A stretch of DNA of 64,000 nucleotides from Candidatus Woesearchaeota archaeon (lineage in GTDB: Archaea > Nanobdellota > Nanobdellia > Woesearchaeales > DSVV01): the NCBI GenBank assembly GCA_018657385.1, contig JABHXF010000028.1, forward strand, positions 1,472 through 65,471. Reading direction: 5' to 3'. Positions 17,661 to 27,990 of the stretch are shown here, one piece after another. Under the pieces are notes generated by a model, which was not told the origin of the DNA, did not search any database, and saw only the letters and a program-made list of their open reading frames with translations. How positions within the stretch are numbered: position 1 is the first letter of the stretch; every line of letters begins with the position of its first letter. Both the position numbers and the translations under genes were made by a program.

Positions 17661-19772
17661 CTAATCAACACCTCTATTAAAATGTCCAGTTGTATATTTT
17701 CTTCTAATCTTTTTATCATCAAACTGACCTTTTAAAATATCTTTATAGATACCTATAAACTTTTCATCATCTTTTTTTAGATCAAGGAAGAAATATTTAA
17801 TACCAGCATCTAACAAATAATTTGTTTTGTTGAATAACCCTAATGGAATATTATTAAGAATATAAGTATAACCCCTTCTCCTAATTATCTTAAAGTGTCT
17901 ACCTTCTTCATCAACTATATCAGGAGCATTTATTTTCTCTTTTGTCGTCATCAAAATTATATCACCATGTACAAAAGATATGAAATTTTTGTTTTTGAAT
18001 TTTTTTAACTCAAAAAGGCTTAATTCTGGAGAAATGATAGGAAGAATTTTAACATTTGGTATAAGTTGTTGATAATAGTCAAGGTCAATATCATTGAAAC
18101 AATTGAATGAATAATCTAAATGAATCTTTTTTTGTTTTAATTCCTTATAATTCTCAAGCAAATAAGATAAAAGTCCTCGATTAGAAATAAGTAAGCCATC
18201 AGGATTTATTTTCTTTATTTTATCAAGGATAAATGGAAGTTCTGAATCATTAATAATACGTGGTGTTGAAACAAAGAAAAGCGAATTTTTCAAAACATTT
18301 TTAACAGTTTCACAGGCTTCATTATAAATACATAAATAAATAATATCAGCATGTTCATTATCCATTTCAATTGCAGATTTTTTACTATGAACCTTAACAA
18401 ATAGCTTAGGTGGATCTTTATTTTCTATAGATTCTAAATCCATTTTAATATCAGGAAGATCAGAAAGATTGGGAAGATTAAGGTTACCTAAATCATGTGA
18501 TATAATCTCTTCTCCTAAATCAACAACCAAATCAACAGAAGAGGTTTTGTATATTGATGAGCCTTCTTTTGTTTTCTTTAAATTAATCTCAACAAGATCA
18601 TCTTTCTTAGCAAAAGATGTCTTATTCCCATTAACTTTTATATATCCAATAGTATTTCCATGAACAATACTATCTTTTCCCTTCTCTTCAACCCATATAC
18701 TAACTCCATCTCCAATTCTTAGATCCTTTCTTAGTTTAATTTTACCATCTTTGATTATTCCAAGAAACAATCCCCTATTCATAGGCATTTTTGAGTCAAC
18801 AATAGAATCATTAAATGCAAAACCTGTTGTAAATTCCCTGTTAAAAGCTATCATAAGGTCATCCATATCCCTTTCATTAATTTTAAAAATAGGTTTAGTA
18901 TTTGATTTAGGATTTAATTTAGGATCTGATTTAGTATTTGATTTTATTTTTGTATTAGTTAAAACTAAGTCATAAGCAAGATTCAAGTATTTCTTATATA
19001 TTTTTGCTACAGTTGCAACATATAATGGAGACCTTAATCTACCTTCAACTTTTAATGATGAAACACCTGTTGATATTAGCTCTGGTAATTTAGATAGAAG
19101 ACATAAATCCTTAGTGCTTAAAATATATTTATTATTATACTTTTGTCTACAAGGTTGAGCACACCTTCCCCTATTTCCACTTCTTCCGCCTGCAATTGAT
19201 GAAAACAAACACTGGCCACTATAACATAAACACAAAGCACCATGAACAAATACCTCTGTATCATGTTCCTTAGATATATTTGTTATTTCTTCTATACTTA
19301 ATTCTCTTGGAAGAACAACTCTATCAACTTCTTTTGGTACTGCATATGAATTTGTTGAGGTTGCTTGAGTAGAAATATGTATACTAAGTTTTGGAAAATG
19401 CTTTTTTATATGAGGGATAAAACAAACATCTTGTATAATAATTGCATCCACACCAGCTACGTTACATATAGCTACAAGATGAAAATAATCATCAATTTCT
19501 TTGTTCTTAATTAAAGTATTAAGTGTAACATAAACTTTAACACTATGTTTATGACAATAATCAACTATAAAATATATATTTTTTTCATTAAAATTATCTG
19601 CAGATATTCTAGCATTAAACTTATCTAAACCTAAATAAACAGCATCTGCACCATTATTAACAGCAGCTCTTAAACACTCCATATTACCAGCAGGTAAAAG
19701 TAATTCTGGTTTTTTAATCTGATTTTGCCCCATATATCTAGAGATATAAGTGTAGTTTATATTATTTTGCAT
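17661..19772 (-). CDS. Peptidase U32 family protein
   Basis: 703 aa. ELLLPAGNMECLRAAVNNGADAVYLG together with HGALCLCYSGQCLFSS...RSGNRGRCAQPCR is the U32 signature. Confidence 0.8.
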   Translation of the reverse strand: MQNNINYTYISRYMGQNQIKKPELLLPAGNMECLRAAVNNGADAVYLGLDKFNARISADNFNEKNIYFIVDYCHKHSVKVYVTLNTLIKNKEIDDYFHLVAICNVAGVDAIIIQDVCFIPHIKKHFPKLSIHISTQATSTNSYAVPKEVDRVVLPRELSIEEITNISKEHDTEVFVHGALCLCYSGQCLFSSIAGGRSGNRGRCAQPCRQKYNNKYILSTKDLCLLSKLPELISTGVSSLKVEGRLRSPLYVATVAKIYKKYLNLAYDLVLTNTKIKSNTKSDPKLNPKSNTKPIFKINERDMDDLMIAFNREFTTGFAFNDSIVDSKMPMNRGLFLGIIKDGKIKLRKDLRIGDGVSIWVEEKGKDSIVHGNTIGYIKVNGNKTSFAKKDDLVEINLKKTKEGSSIYKTSSVDLVVDLGEEIISHDLGNLNLPNLSDLPDIKMDLESIENKDPPKLFVKVHSKKSAIEMDNEHADIIYLCIYNEACETVKNVLKNSLFFVSTPRIINDSELPFILDKIKKINPDGLLISNRGLLSYLLENYKELKQKKIHLDYSFNCFNDIDLDYYQQLIPNVKILPIISPELSLFELKKFKNKNFISFVHGDIILMTTKEKINAPDIVDEEGRHFKIIRRRGYTYILNNIPLGLFNKTNYLLDAGIKYFFLDLKKDDEKFIGIYKDILKGQFDDKKIRRKYTTGHFNRGVD

Positions 19773-19858
19773 ATGTCAAGAACTACCAGTCAATAAACTA
19801 GCGGAATTCTGACATGTTATAAGAAATTTCTTGTTCTAAATATTCTTGATGAATATAT

Positions 19859-20716
19859 TTATTCAGAATGCCTTAATACTTTATAGAAACTATCAAATAA
19901 ATCATCATCTGATGTTATTTGGCAAAATCCTGCACCTAATTTAACACACACATCATGAATTTTAGAAGAATGATCATTTAATTTTTGTACATATTTCTGT
20001 CTTAAACGTCTGCTCATAAATGTTTTTAATATTTGGTTTGTTTCTGAATCAAATAATTTAACATCACCATACATTTTCATTTCTTTCTCTTCTCTATCTA
20101 AAACTTGTACAACCTTAACTTCATGTTTACCTAATCTCATTAATCCATTTTTTATTTCCTCTTCATCAAATAAAAAATCACTAATTACTAAAACCAAACA
20201 TCTTCCTTTTAATTGCTTTTTATAACGCATCATGGCTTCTTCAAAATTAGAAACACCTTTTACTTTAATATTATTAAGCCTATCAACAAGAGATGCAAGC
20301 TGAGACATACCTCTTCTGGGTTTAACAGCATCTAATTCATTTGCAAAAGTTGAAAATTCAAATTTATCATTTTCCTTTAAAGCCATGTATGCAAAACCTA
20401 AACCAATCATTGAACCATATTCATATTTTGTTTTGTGTTTACCAAAATCCATACTTGAACTTTTATCTATTATAATATGCACGGACAAAGTTCTATCTTC
20501 TTCATACTGCCTAGTGTACAATTTATTGGTTCTAGCAAATACTTTCCAATCTAATAGTCTAATGTCATCACCTGGAACATAATACCTGTAATCCTTTATT
20601 TGAAGGCCTCTACCCATTGCAATTGAACGCCTTGCACCTTTATAATTAGAAGTAACTCTTTTCCTAACTATTAAACTAAATCTCTTTAATTGTTCTAAAA
20701 AAGCTGTGTCTATCAT
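19859..20716 (-). CDS. DUF58 protein (vWA-like partner of MoxR)
   Basis: 285 aa with the DUF58 motif YVPGDDIRLLDWKVFARTNKLYTRQYEEDR. It lies directly downstream of MoxR. Confidence 0.8.
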   Translation of the reverse strand: MIDTAFLEQLKRFSLIVRKRVTSNYKGARRSIAMGRGLQIKDYRYYVPGDDIRLLDWKVFARTNKLYTRQYEEDRTLSVHIIIDKSSSMDFGKHKTKYEYGSMIGLGFAYMALKENDKFEFSTFANELDAVKPRRGMSQLASLVDRLNNIKVKGVSNFEEAMMRYKKQLKGRCLVLVISDFLFDEEEIKNGLMRLGKHEVKVVQVLDREEKEMKMYGDVKLFDSETNQILKTFMSRRLRQKYVQKLNDHSSKIHDVCVKLGAGFCQITSDDDLFDSFYKVLRHSE

Positions 20717-20723
20717 TTTTTAT

Positions 20724-20816
20724 GGGGGTTTAAAATCTGAGGTTAAAAGTCTGAAGAAAAAACAATGAGGCCTGTGGTTTTTTACCTCTTACTTCAAACT
20801 TTTTACTTCAAACTTT
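20724..20816. repeat. Long imperfect GT-rich/AC-rich palindrome (family 3, copy 2)
   Basis: TCTGAGGTTAAAAGTCTGAAG ... CTTACTTCAAACTTTTTACTTCAAAC lies between MoxR and DUF58. Confidence 0.45.
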
Positions 20817-21762
20817 ATTTCAAATGTGCCTTTAGGATTTCCTTAATAACATCATCTGTAGATAACCCTTGTCTTTCTGCTTCGAAATTTAAGATTAATC
20901 TGTGCCTTAATACAGGATAAGCCATCTTTTCAATATCTTTTACACTTACATGACTTCTTCCATTCATTATTGCATAAGCTTTTGAAGCTAAGATTAAACC
21001 AATTGAAGCTCTTGGAGAAGCACCATACTCAAGATGTTTTTTCTCTGTTCTTGTTGCTGCTACAATCTTAACAACTGAAGCAGCTAAATCATCAGCAATT
21101 GGAACTTGTTTAGTAAGTTTTTGTAGTGCTAAAAAACTTGTCTTTCCTAAGATCTTTTTAATATTTTCTTCTTTAGCTACTTTTGTATATCTCCTAACAA
21201 TTTCTACTTCATCATCATAAGGAGGATAATCAACCCTAATTTTCAACAAAAATCTGTCTGTTTGTGCTTCTGGTAAAGGATAAGTTCCTTCTTGCTCAAT
21301 TGGGTTTTGTGTTGCTAATACAAAAAATGGCCTGTCTAATTTATGAGTCTTACTACCAACTGTAACTTGTTTCTCCTGCATCGCCTCTAACAAAGCAGAT
21401 TGTGTCTTTGGTGTAGCTCTGTTAATCTCGTCTGCTAATACAATATTTGAGAAAATTGGTCCTTCTTGGAACTTAAAGAATCTTTTTCCACCAACTTCTT
21501 GAATTATTTCAGTACCTGTAATATCTGATGGCATTAAGTCAGGAGTGGACTGGATTCTTGAGAATTTCATATCCATTACATGAGATAATGTATTAATTGT
21601 AAGAGTTTTACCTAATCCAGGATAACTTTCAAGTAAAGCATTATTATCACATAACATTGCCACCATAATTTGCTCAATTACTTCTCTTTGTCCAACAACA
21701 ACTTTATTCATCTGTTTAAAAACAGCATCAAAGGTTCCTTTTAATTTTTCAATGTCAATCAT
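20815..21762 (-). CDS. moxR: MoxR-family AAA+ ATPase
   Basis: 315 aa. ESYPGLGKT is the Walker A motif, and LADEINRATPKTQSALLEAMQE is Walker B plus the AAA_3 signature. Confidence 0.9.
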   Translation of the reverse strand: MIDIEKLKGTFDAVFKQMNKVVVGQREVIEQIMVAMLCDNNALLESYPGLGKTLTINTLSHVMDMKFSRIQSTPDLMPSDITGTEIIQEVGGKRFFKFQEGPIFSNIVLADEINRATPKTQSALLEAMQEKQVTVGSKTHKLDRPFFVLATQNPIEQEGTYPLPEAQTDRFLLKIRVDYPPYDDEVEIVRRYTKVAKEENIKKILGKTSFLALQKLTKQVPIADDLAASVVKIVAATRTEKKHLEYGASPRASIGLILASKAYAIMNGRSHVSVKDIEKMAYPVLRHRLILNFEAERQGLSTDDVIKEILKAHLK

Positions 21763-21804
21763 TTTGATTACCTCGTTTTTTTGAATTTTTTAATTATCAT
21801 TTTG

Positions 21805-21885
21805 AAATCAATCAATTTTATATGTTTAAATCAATCAATTCAGTCTCTTTAAATCAATTAATCTTTTGTCTCAAATTAATCAATT
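21805..21885. promoter_or_regulatory. Four 13-bp direct repeats (AAATCAATCAATT-like) spaced 22-23 bp apart
   Basis: Copies start at 21805, 21828, 21851 and 21873. They fill the intergenic region upstream of moxR, and the last overlaps the preceding stop codon. Confidence 0.6.
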
Positions 21886-22613
21886 CCGTATTTCCTTATC
21901 TCTCCAAAGTATTTCCTTATATATATTCTTTTCTTTTTAGGAAGCAATTCCTCAAAGCTTTTATCAGATTGTTCAAATATATCCTCTGGAAGATATAAAT
22001 CCCTCATACCATTATCCCTTCTCGTTGATAAAGCCATCTCATTAATCAATACATCATCATTTAAATCCTCAATATCAACATCTGCTTCTAACAAACTATT
22101 TGGAACAAGCCCTTCTAAAACATTCTTATCATTTCCAAAAGATAAAGTAGATAATCCAGATTTAAGATCATAAATAAGCATATCATTTGATGTAGCAAAT
22201 AAGACAAGCCCAGAAGCTACAATAATAGCTAATAATATATATGTGATTTTTTTAATATCAATAAAACTGGAAATAGGAACATCTCTTAATGATTTTAATA
22301 CACCCATATGAAGTTTTGATACAACATAATTTACAACATTTTCATAGTCAGCAGCTGTTCTTAGTCTTTCCATTAAAACGGGATTTTTCTTCTCAATCTC
22401 TATTAAATTCTTTGAATTAACTGATTTATGTAGAGCAACTGCAAAGAAAATCATTGCAATTGTAATTGATATACCCCAATAATAAAAGTTAAACATACTT
22501 AAAACAAAGAATGAGATTAAAAAAACGAGTAATGCCATTAGAAAATTCATGAATAAAACTACCTTATTCTGTGTTTCCCTTACTTCTTTTATTGCTGATT
22601 TGAATTCATGCAT
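21876..22613 (-). CDS. Membrane protein of the MoxR/vWA operon (hypothetical)
   Basis: 245 aa with three hydrophobic segments. No motif recognised. Confidence 0.45.
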   Translation of the reverse strand: MHEFKSAIKEVRETQNKVVLFMNFLMALLVFLISFFVLSMFNFYYWGISITIAMIFFAVALHKSVNSKNLIEIEKKNPVLMERLRTAADYENVVNYVVSKLHMGVLKSLRDVPISSFIDIKKITYILLAIIVASGLVLFATSNDMLIYDLKSGLSTLSFGNDKNVLEGLVPNSLLEADVDIEDLNDDVLINEMALSTRRDNGMRDLYLPEDIFEQSDKSFEELLPKKKRIYIRKYFGEIRKYGID

Positions 22614-22712
22614 TTTTTTTTACCTTCTTTACCTTTAAACATATTTTATTCTTAAACATATTTTTCTTTGTTTTTTACTTTTTAATATCACTTTCTTCTT
22701 GTAATACAACAA

Positions 22713-22775
<63 letters not shown>

Positions 22776-22788
22776 AATCTACAAAAGA

Positions 22789-23322
22789 TTAATCCACAAT
22801 ATTTTTTACACATTCAATATCATCATTATCTGCACAGTTTTGAATATCATCTAAATCATCTTCAATATTTTGAACTTTCTTATTTAGTTTTTCAATATTA
22901 TTTTCAGCAGCACTTAAAGCAGCTAATTTTTGATTTAAGTCATTTGTTGTATCTTTAAGCTCTGTTAATGTTGCAGTTAAATCATCTTTTGTTTCCTTTA
23001 ATACTTTTTGAGTTTCTGTAAGCTCACCTTCTGTTTGTTCATAAATCTGATTATACTCTTCTCTTGCTTTTTTTTCAATACTCAATGTTTCATTAAGATT
23101 TTCACTAATATTAACTTTATCATTTTCACATACTTTTAAATTAAAGGCTGTTTGTGTTAAATTATGAAATGTATCTTTATAAACACCATCTAATTGATTA
23201 TAATCTACATTAACATCACCCATTGCATATGTAAAATACAATGTTAATAAAACAGTTGCAGCAATAATTACACCTATTAAAAACAACAAATTAAAGTTTA
23301 TATCTTGTTTCATGAATGACAT
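22789..23322 (-). CDS. N-terminally anchored coiled-coil protein
   Basis: 177 aa with one N-terminal TM segment, followed by heptad-like E/K/L/T-rich sequence (TLTELKDTTNDLNQKLAALSAAENNIEKLNKK). Confidence 0.5.
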   Translation of the reverse strand: MSFMKQDINFNLLFLIGVIIAATVLLTLYFTYAMGDVNVDYNQLDGVYKDTFHNLTQTAFNLKVCENDKVNISENLNETLSIEKKAREEYNQIYEQTEGELTETQKVLKETKDDLTATLTELKDTTNDLNQKLAALSAAENNIEKLNKKVQNIEDDLDDIQNCADNDDIECVKNIVD

Positions 23323-23362
23323 TTTTTCACCTTTTATTATAATTTTAAATTATTATTATAAT

Positions 23363-25678
23363 CTATCCTCTACTTTTTATTTTTTCCTTAATTCTTCTAA
23401 TTAGTATTTCAATTAAAAATAGTACCATGGCAGCAATAGTAAGATACCAATCAACATACTTTTTGTTTAATAACTCAACTTTTGCTTTGTCTTTTGCTTT
23501 TTCAACCATACCATCTATATCTTTAATTGAAAAGATATTTCCTCCTGTTTCTAATACAAGTAATTCAACGGCATTATTATTATAACCAATATATTTGTAT
23601 TCGGGATCATAATTAACACCAAATTCTTTACCTTTAATTTTACCAAAACCAATTTCTTTAGGAATGACCATACATTCATAATGGTCTTCGACACTATAAA
23701 AATTACATTCTGAGTTTCCTGGAGCTGTACTACCTTTATATTCAACTTTTGTTTCATGATTAACAATTGCATTTGTTACTCTTACATATGACTCACGCTT
23801 CCTATTAGGATCACCAACACCCCAATCCATTAAACGATAAACTAAGAAAATGTTTTGAGGAGTGTACATTTCTTGAGACCACTCTGTACCATCATCTGTA
23901 GAGATAACTCCAACTTTATTATAATTATTAACTGAAACTATTGGTGTACCTGTCCCTGTTGTAACTAAAACATCAGCTGCTGCAGTTGGTACAACTGAAT
24001 TATATCTAAATAAACCACCAGATAAACTTAATCCCTGTGTTATCCAATGATTTGCATTTGAAATAATTAAATTTTTCTCAAATAAATTTTCAACATCTTG
24101 TGGATTTTTTACAAACATACCTCTACCATAAGAACTAATTGATTGTCTTGATTTTTTCAATGCTGTGTCGTCAAATTGTTTATTAACTAAGTTATAACTA
24201 TGAATCCTAGTTCCTTTATTTCTCATTGACTTCATTGACTCAATTGATTTTTTAAAAGTTGCATCAAAAATTGCACCATCAGTAATTACAATAACATTAT
24301 TATTTCCTTGCTTTCCTTTTAATATTTCATCTGCTTTTCTTAAACCTAAGTGTAGTGATGCTGGACGATACCATTTAACACCATCTATTTCACTAACATC
24401 ATCGTGATTCAACATATCTTTTGCTAACTCATCTTTATCTTTAATTAATTTCCAATCTGAAACAACTTCACCAACATGTGCAAAACTTACAATTGCAACA
24501 TTAATTTTTTCTTTTCTATACAAAAGACTATTTAAAATATCATTAGCTATAAGCTCTTCCCTAGTCATTTTTTCACTTATATATCCTGAGCCATCAACTA
24601 ATATAACAAAGTTAAAATCAACACCTACTGCTTCCATATGGCCACGTTTAACAGGCAATAATAAATCAATATTTGAACTTGTTAAAAAAGATTTTTCTCC
24701 ACCAACAACAATCATACCATTACCTTCATCTGTAAATGTTTCTAAAACCTGGCTTTGTTGATCTGTGATTGAATCCATCTTATCATTAATTACAACAGAA
24801 TAAAAATTAGATAAATCATTAGGAACAGCAGAGGTTTTTGAAACTTCATACCTTGCATTTAGTATATTGTCAATATATGAAGTACTGTCAGAAACATACA
24901 ATACTTTTGGTTTTTTAACAATTTCAACAACATGATAATATTTATTATTAATTGCATATTGATCAGTGGAAGTAATTTCAGCAATTATTCTAAATTGACC
25001 TAGCTGATCAAATCTATGCTTAATTTCAATTTGTTCTTCGTCTGTCTCTTTATCAAAAACTACTTTTCCAGCTACAACTATTTTTACATTAACAGGAACT
25101 TTTGCATTTATAATATTTACATTAAAGACAAATTCAGTATTGATAATTGATGTATATGGGCCATTTATTGAAATACTTGCATCTTGGAAATTTTCTTCAA
25201 GTTTAACAGCGTTAATTGTTGTATTGAATTTTTTCGCAAATGTAACAACATCTCTAAAGTCCATACTTTTAGGATCATTATTACCATCGGTGATTATTAA
25301 TATATTTTTTTTATGTAATTCTCTAAATATTTCGTCACCTAACATCGAAGTTGTTCCTGCTGCCATCATCCTCATGTTTGTAGGTACTTTTGCTTGCAGT
25401 TTATCTCTAAGTCCCTCATGATCTAACTCATATAGGGCCATAGAAGATGAATTATCATATAATAAATTAATTTCAGGATTTCCATCTGTTGTTTCTTTTT
25501 TGATTACATAAGGAGAAGCTAAAGCAAATACTAACAATCCAAGAATTAATAATCTAGATAAAAATAACCATACCCTATATTTCCATACCCCTCTTTTTTC
25601 TTCTTTTTCATATTTTACAAAATTAATAATTAATAGAGTGAATAAAAGTATTACCATAGGAATATACAATAATAACAT
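23363..25678 (-). CDS. Large membrane-anchored vWA-domain protein (BatB-like)
   Basis: 771 aa with N- and C-terminal TM segments. It has two DxSxS-type MIDAS motifs (LYDNSSSM and LVDGSGYIS). Confidence 0.7.
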   Translation of the reverse strand: MLLLYIPMVILLFTLLIINFVKYEKEEKRGVWKYRVWLFLSRLLILGLLVFALASPYVIKKETTDGNPEINLLYDNSSSMALYELDHEGLRDKLQAKVPTNMRMMAAGTTSMLGDEIFRELHKKNILIITDGNNDPKSMDFRDVVTFAKKFNTTINAVKLEENFQDASISINGPYTSIINTEFVFNVNIINAKVPVNVKIVVAGKVVFDKETDEEQIEIKHRFDQLGQFRIIAEITSTDQYAINNKYYHVVEIVKKPKVLYVSDSTSYIDNILNARYEVSKTSAVPNDLSNFYSVVINDKMDSITDQQSQVLETFTDEGNGMIVVGGEKSFLTSSNIDLLLPVKRGHMEAVGVDFNFVILVDGSGYISEKMTREELIANDILNSLLYRKEKINVAIVSFAHVGEVVSDWKLIKDKDELAKDMLNHDDVSEIDGVKWYRPASLHLGLRKADEILKGKQGNNNVIVITDGAIFDATFKKSIESMKSMRNKGTRIHSYNLVNKQFDDTALKKSRQSISSYGRGMFVKNPQDVENLFEKNLIISNANHWITQGLSLSGGLFRYNSVVPTAAADVLVTTGTGTPIVSVNNYNKVGVISTDDGTEWSQEMYTPQNIFLVYRLMDWGVGDPNRKRESYVRVTNAIVNHETKVEYKGSTAPGNSECNFYSVEDHYECMVIPKEIGFGKIKGKEFGVNYDPEYKYIGYNNNAVELLVLETGGNIFSIKDIDGMVEKAKDKAKVELLNKKYVDWYLTIAAMVLFLIEILIRRIKEKIKSRG

Positions 25679-25737
25679 TTCAGGTGTATCTAATTTAATT
25701 ATTCCAAAAGATCTGAATGAGCTTAGAAGAGGGATAA

Positions 25738-27606
25738 TTATAAATCACCTCTTACTTTTATGTATAATAATTCAATGAACAAAATAATTAAGGATAAATA
25801 AATAAGATAAGTGATAATTGATTTTTTTATATTTGCAACGCCTAATTCCTCTTCATAACCATTTACTTTTTCTTCATTTGTCACATAATTAATATTAGAC
25901 TCTTTTTTATCAAATAAGTTAACAAAAACGTTTCTACCTCTAACTGAATATTTTCCTACTTGTTGAAATTGAATAGAAGATTCTTTTAATTTTTTATTAT
26001 TAGGTGTAATAATTTGAACATCATTATCAAAAACTAATTTATCACCTACTCTGTAATTTATATTATTAACATTCTCTGCCCCCATCATATAATCAATTAG
26101 TTGCTGCCAAAATAAAGGATAAGAGATATCAAACTTAAATTTACTTTGTGTATCAAAGATACCATAATAAGTGATTTTTCCATTACCATAATCTGAAATA
26201 GCAATAACAGTTGAATTATCTTGTGCATTTGCCAATACAGTTGTTCCTTTTTTAGGGGATGCTTTATAGTAATTATTAGTTTTAGAAAAACTCAAATCAT
26301 TAGTTATTTCATTAATTGTTTGTAAATTAAATACATCTGTTGGATTATTTGCTAAACTACCAAGATTAACAGGAATTAGTTTTTTTAGCTTTACTTTGTT
26401 TAATGTAGGTGAACCAGCAATTATAAAACTTGCACCCTTATCTTTAACTAATTTTCCGATTTTATCAATTGCTCCACTAGGTAATTTATCTGCATCAACA
26501 CTACCTAAAATAATTAAATCATGATCAATTCGTGGCATTTTAGGTGGCTCAGCAGTTTCAATATCCATATCTACATCCCATGTTAATCCATATGCACTTA
26601 ATGCTGGTAAAATATAACTTTGTTTTTCATTTGTTATTAATAATGCTTTAATTTTCTTCTTAATTGGAGTATATATATGTGCTTCATTATCTATACTTAA
26701 ATCATCTTTAATTAATAATTTAACTTTATTATCCCCTTCCTTATTTTCAAATACAATTTTTTCATCCATATTTGGTAAAATTGCAATATTTTTTTTAACA
26801 CCATTTATTTCAACATCAAATTGTTGACCAACATCATTATAATTATGAATAGTTATTTTTGTTTCTTTTTCTGATATGTCAGCATCCACAATACCAATAT
26901 TATTTTTTTTAGCTTCTGCTAAAATAACAAATTCAACATGAACTCCTTTTGCTTCTAAAGTTTTCTTAGCTATTATTGGTTCAATACTATCTGTATTAAC
27001 CATATCACTAATTACTACAACTCTCCCTTTTTCTCCTGATAATAAATCACCTGCAGCTAATATTGAGTTGCCAATACTAGATAAACTATTGGTTGGCTTG
27101 ACTGAATCTAAAAGATTTGTTGCTTCTTCTTCTTTTCCCGACTGAAGTAATATCAACGGCTCATTATCAACAATTACAATACTTGTTCTATCGCTGATAT
27201 AACCTCTTGCTTTACTTAATGCTTTATCAAACATTGTTGAACCTGCAAGAGAAGTTTCTGCTGTACCCATACTTGCACTTGTATCTAAAACAATAACAGT
27301 ATGCTCTTTACTAATATCTTTATCTGTGAAAAAGAATGGCTGAGTTGCAGATACTGCTAAAGTAGCAATAAGTAAAAAATGGAAAATAAGTAGGAAATCT
27401 CTTAATAATTTTTGGAAAAATGATTCTTTCTTTGACTTGCCTTTGTCTTTTGTTAGAAAAATTAGAGAAGGAATTGTTTTTTGTATTGGTTTAGGTCTTA
27501 TTAGATAGATTAATATTAAGATTAATAATCCTATTAATGCATATAGACCAAGTGGATTATCAATATAACTATAAATCGTTGTCTTTAAACCTAATAATGA
27601 TATCAT
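25738..27606 (-). CDS. Membrane-anchored vWA-domain protein (BatA-like)
   Basis: 622 aa. The N-terminus has a double TM segment with a LIYLIRPKP-type motif, and the MIDAS motif is VIVLDTSASM. It ends in a C-terminal TM segment. Confidence 0.75.
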   Translation of the reverse strand: MISLLGLKTTIYSYIDNPLGLYALIGLLILILIYLIRPKPIQKTIPSLIFLTKDKGKSKKESFFQKLLRDFLLIFHFLLIATLAVSATQPFFFTDKDISKEHTVIVLDTSASMGTAETSLAGSTMFDKALSKARGYISDRTSIVIVDNEPLILLQSGKEEEATNLLDSVKPTNSLSSIGNSILAAGDLLSGEKGRVVVISDMVNTDSIEPIIAKKTLEAKGVHVEFVILAEAKKNNIGIVDADISEKETKITIHNYNDVGQQFDVEINGVKKNIAILPNMDEKIVFENKEGDNKVKLLIKDDLSIDNEAHIYTPIKKKIKALLITNEKQSYILPALSAYGLTWDVDMDIETAEPPKMPRIDHDLIILGSVDADKLPSGAIDKIGKLVKDKGASFIIAGSPTLNKVKLKKLIPVNLGSLANNPTDVFNLQTINEITNDLSFSKTNNYYKASPKKGTTVLANAQDNSTVIAISDYGNGKITYYGIFDTQSKFKFDISYPLFWQQLIDYMMGAENVNNINYRVGDKLVFDNDVQIITPNNKKLKESSIQFQQVGKYSVRGRNVFVNLFDKKESNINYVTNEEKVNGYEEELGVANIKKSIITYLIYLSLIILFIELLYIKVRGDL

Positions 27607-27686
27607 CTCTTTTCCTCTTTTTTCTTATATACCATAGTATATAAGTAGTTTAGTATAGCATTTTAGATACTAGGGTAAATATAAAG

Positions 27687-27753
27687 GTTTTGGTTTTGCG
27701 AAGTAAAAACAAAGCTTGCTAAGGCCATGATTTAGGATTGTTTTGATTTTGGG
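27687..27753 (-). promoter_or_regulatory. 65-nt promoter-upstream conserved block (family 2, copy 1)
   Basis: The minus strand reads CCCAAAATCAAAACAATCCTAAATCATGGCCTTAGCAAGCTTTGTTTTTACTTCGCAAAACCAAAAC and is followed directly by a TTTATATTT box. Confidence 0.55.
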
Positions 27754-27824
27754 AGGTTATATTTATTTAAAATCTGATAATATACCTGGATGAAAAAATA
27801 ATAACAATGGTCAGGCGAACATTT

Positions 27825-27901
27825 AAATCCAACAACATGGCCGGGCGAGGCGAAGCCGAGTAGGACTTTAGTCCGTCCGTGCCGTGGTTGTTGTTGGATT
27901 T
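27825..27901 (+). ncRNA. Family 1 structured element, copy B
   Basis: It has the same outer stem and P1 as copy A. P2 is GGC-GAA-GCC, a compensated version of ACC-GAA-GGU, and P3 is shortened to GGACU-UU-AGUCC. Confidence 0.65.
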
Positions 27902-27943
27902 ATTGTTAATATACTAAGTGTTAATATACTAAGAAAAAAAAGA

Positions 27944-27974
27944 AAATCACGGGAAACACGTCCTCCGGACCTAG
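27944..27974 (-). terminator. GGACCTAG box, copy 2
   Basis: The minus strand reads CTAGGTCCGGAGGACGTGTTTCCCGTGATTTTCTTTTTTTT, starting 17 nt after the stop of the 27991-28728 gene. Confidence 0.45.
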
Positions 27975-27990
27975 TAAAACAAAAAAGAAA

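Noticed and set aside
27825-27901. The family 1 core might be a self-cleaving ribozyme (hammerhead or HDV-like), a tRNA-like gene or an archaeal SECIS element.
   Set aside because: The three-way junction strands (1-2 nt, 3-5 nt, 0 nt) do not carry the CUGANGA/GAAA hammerhead core. No HDV-like double pseudoknot could be drawn. There is no cloverleaf. The GAA occurs in a hairpin loop and only in some copies.
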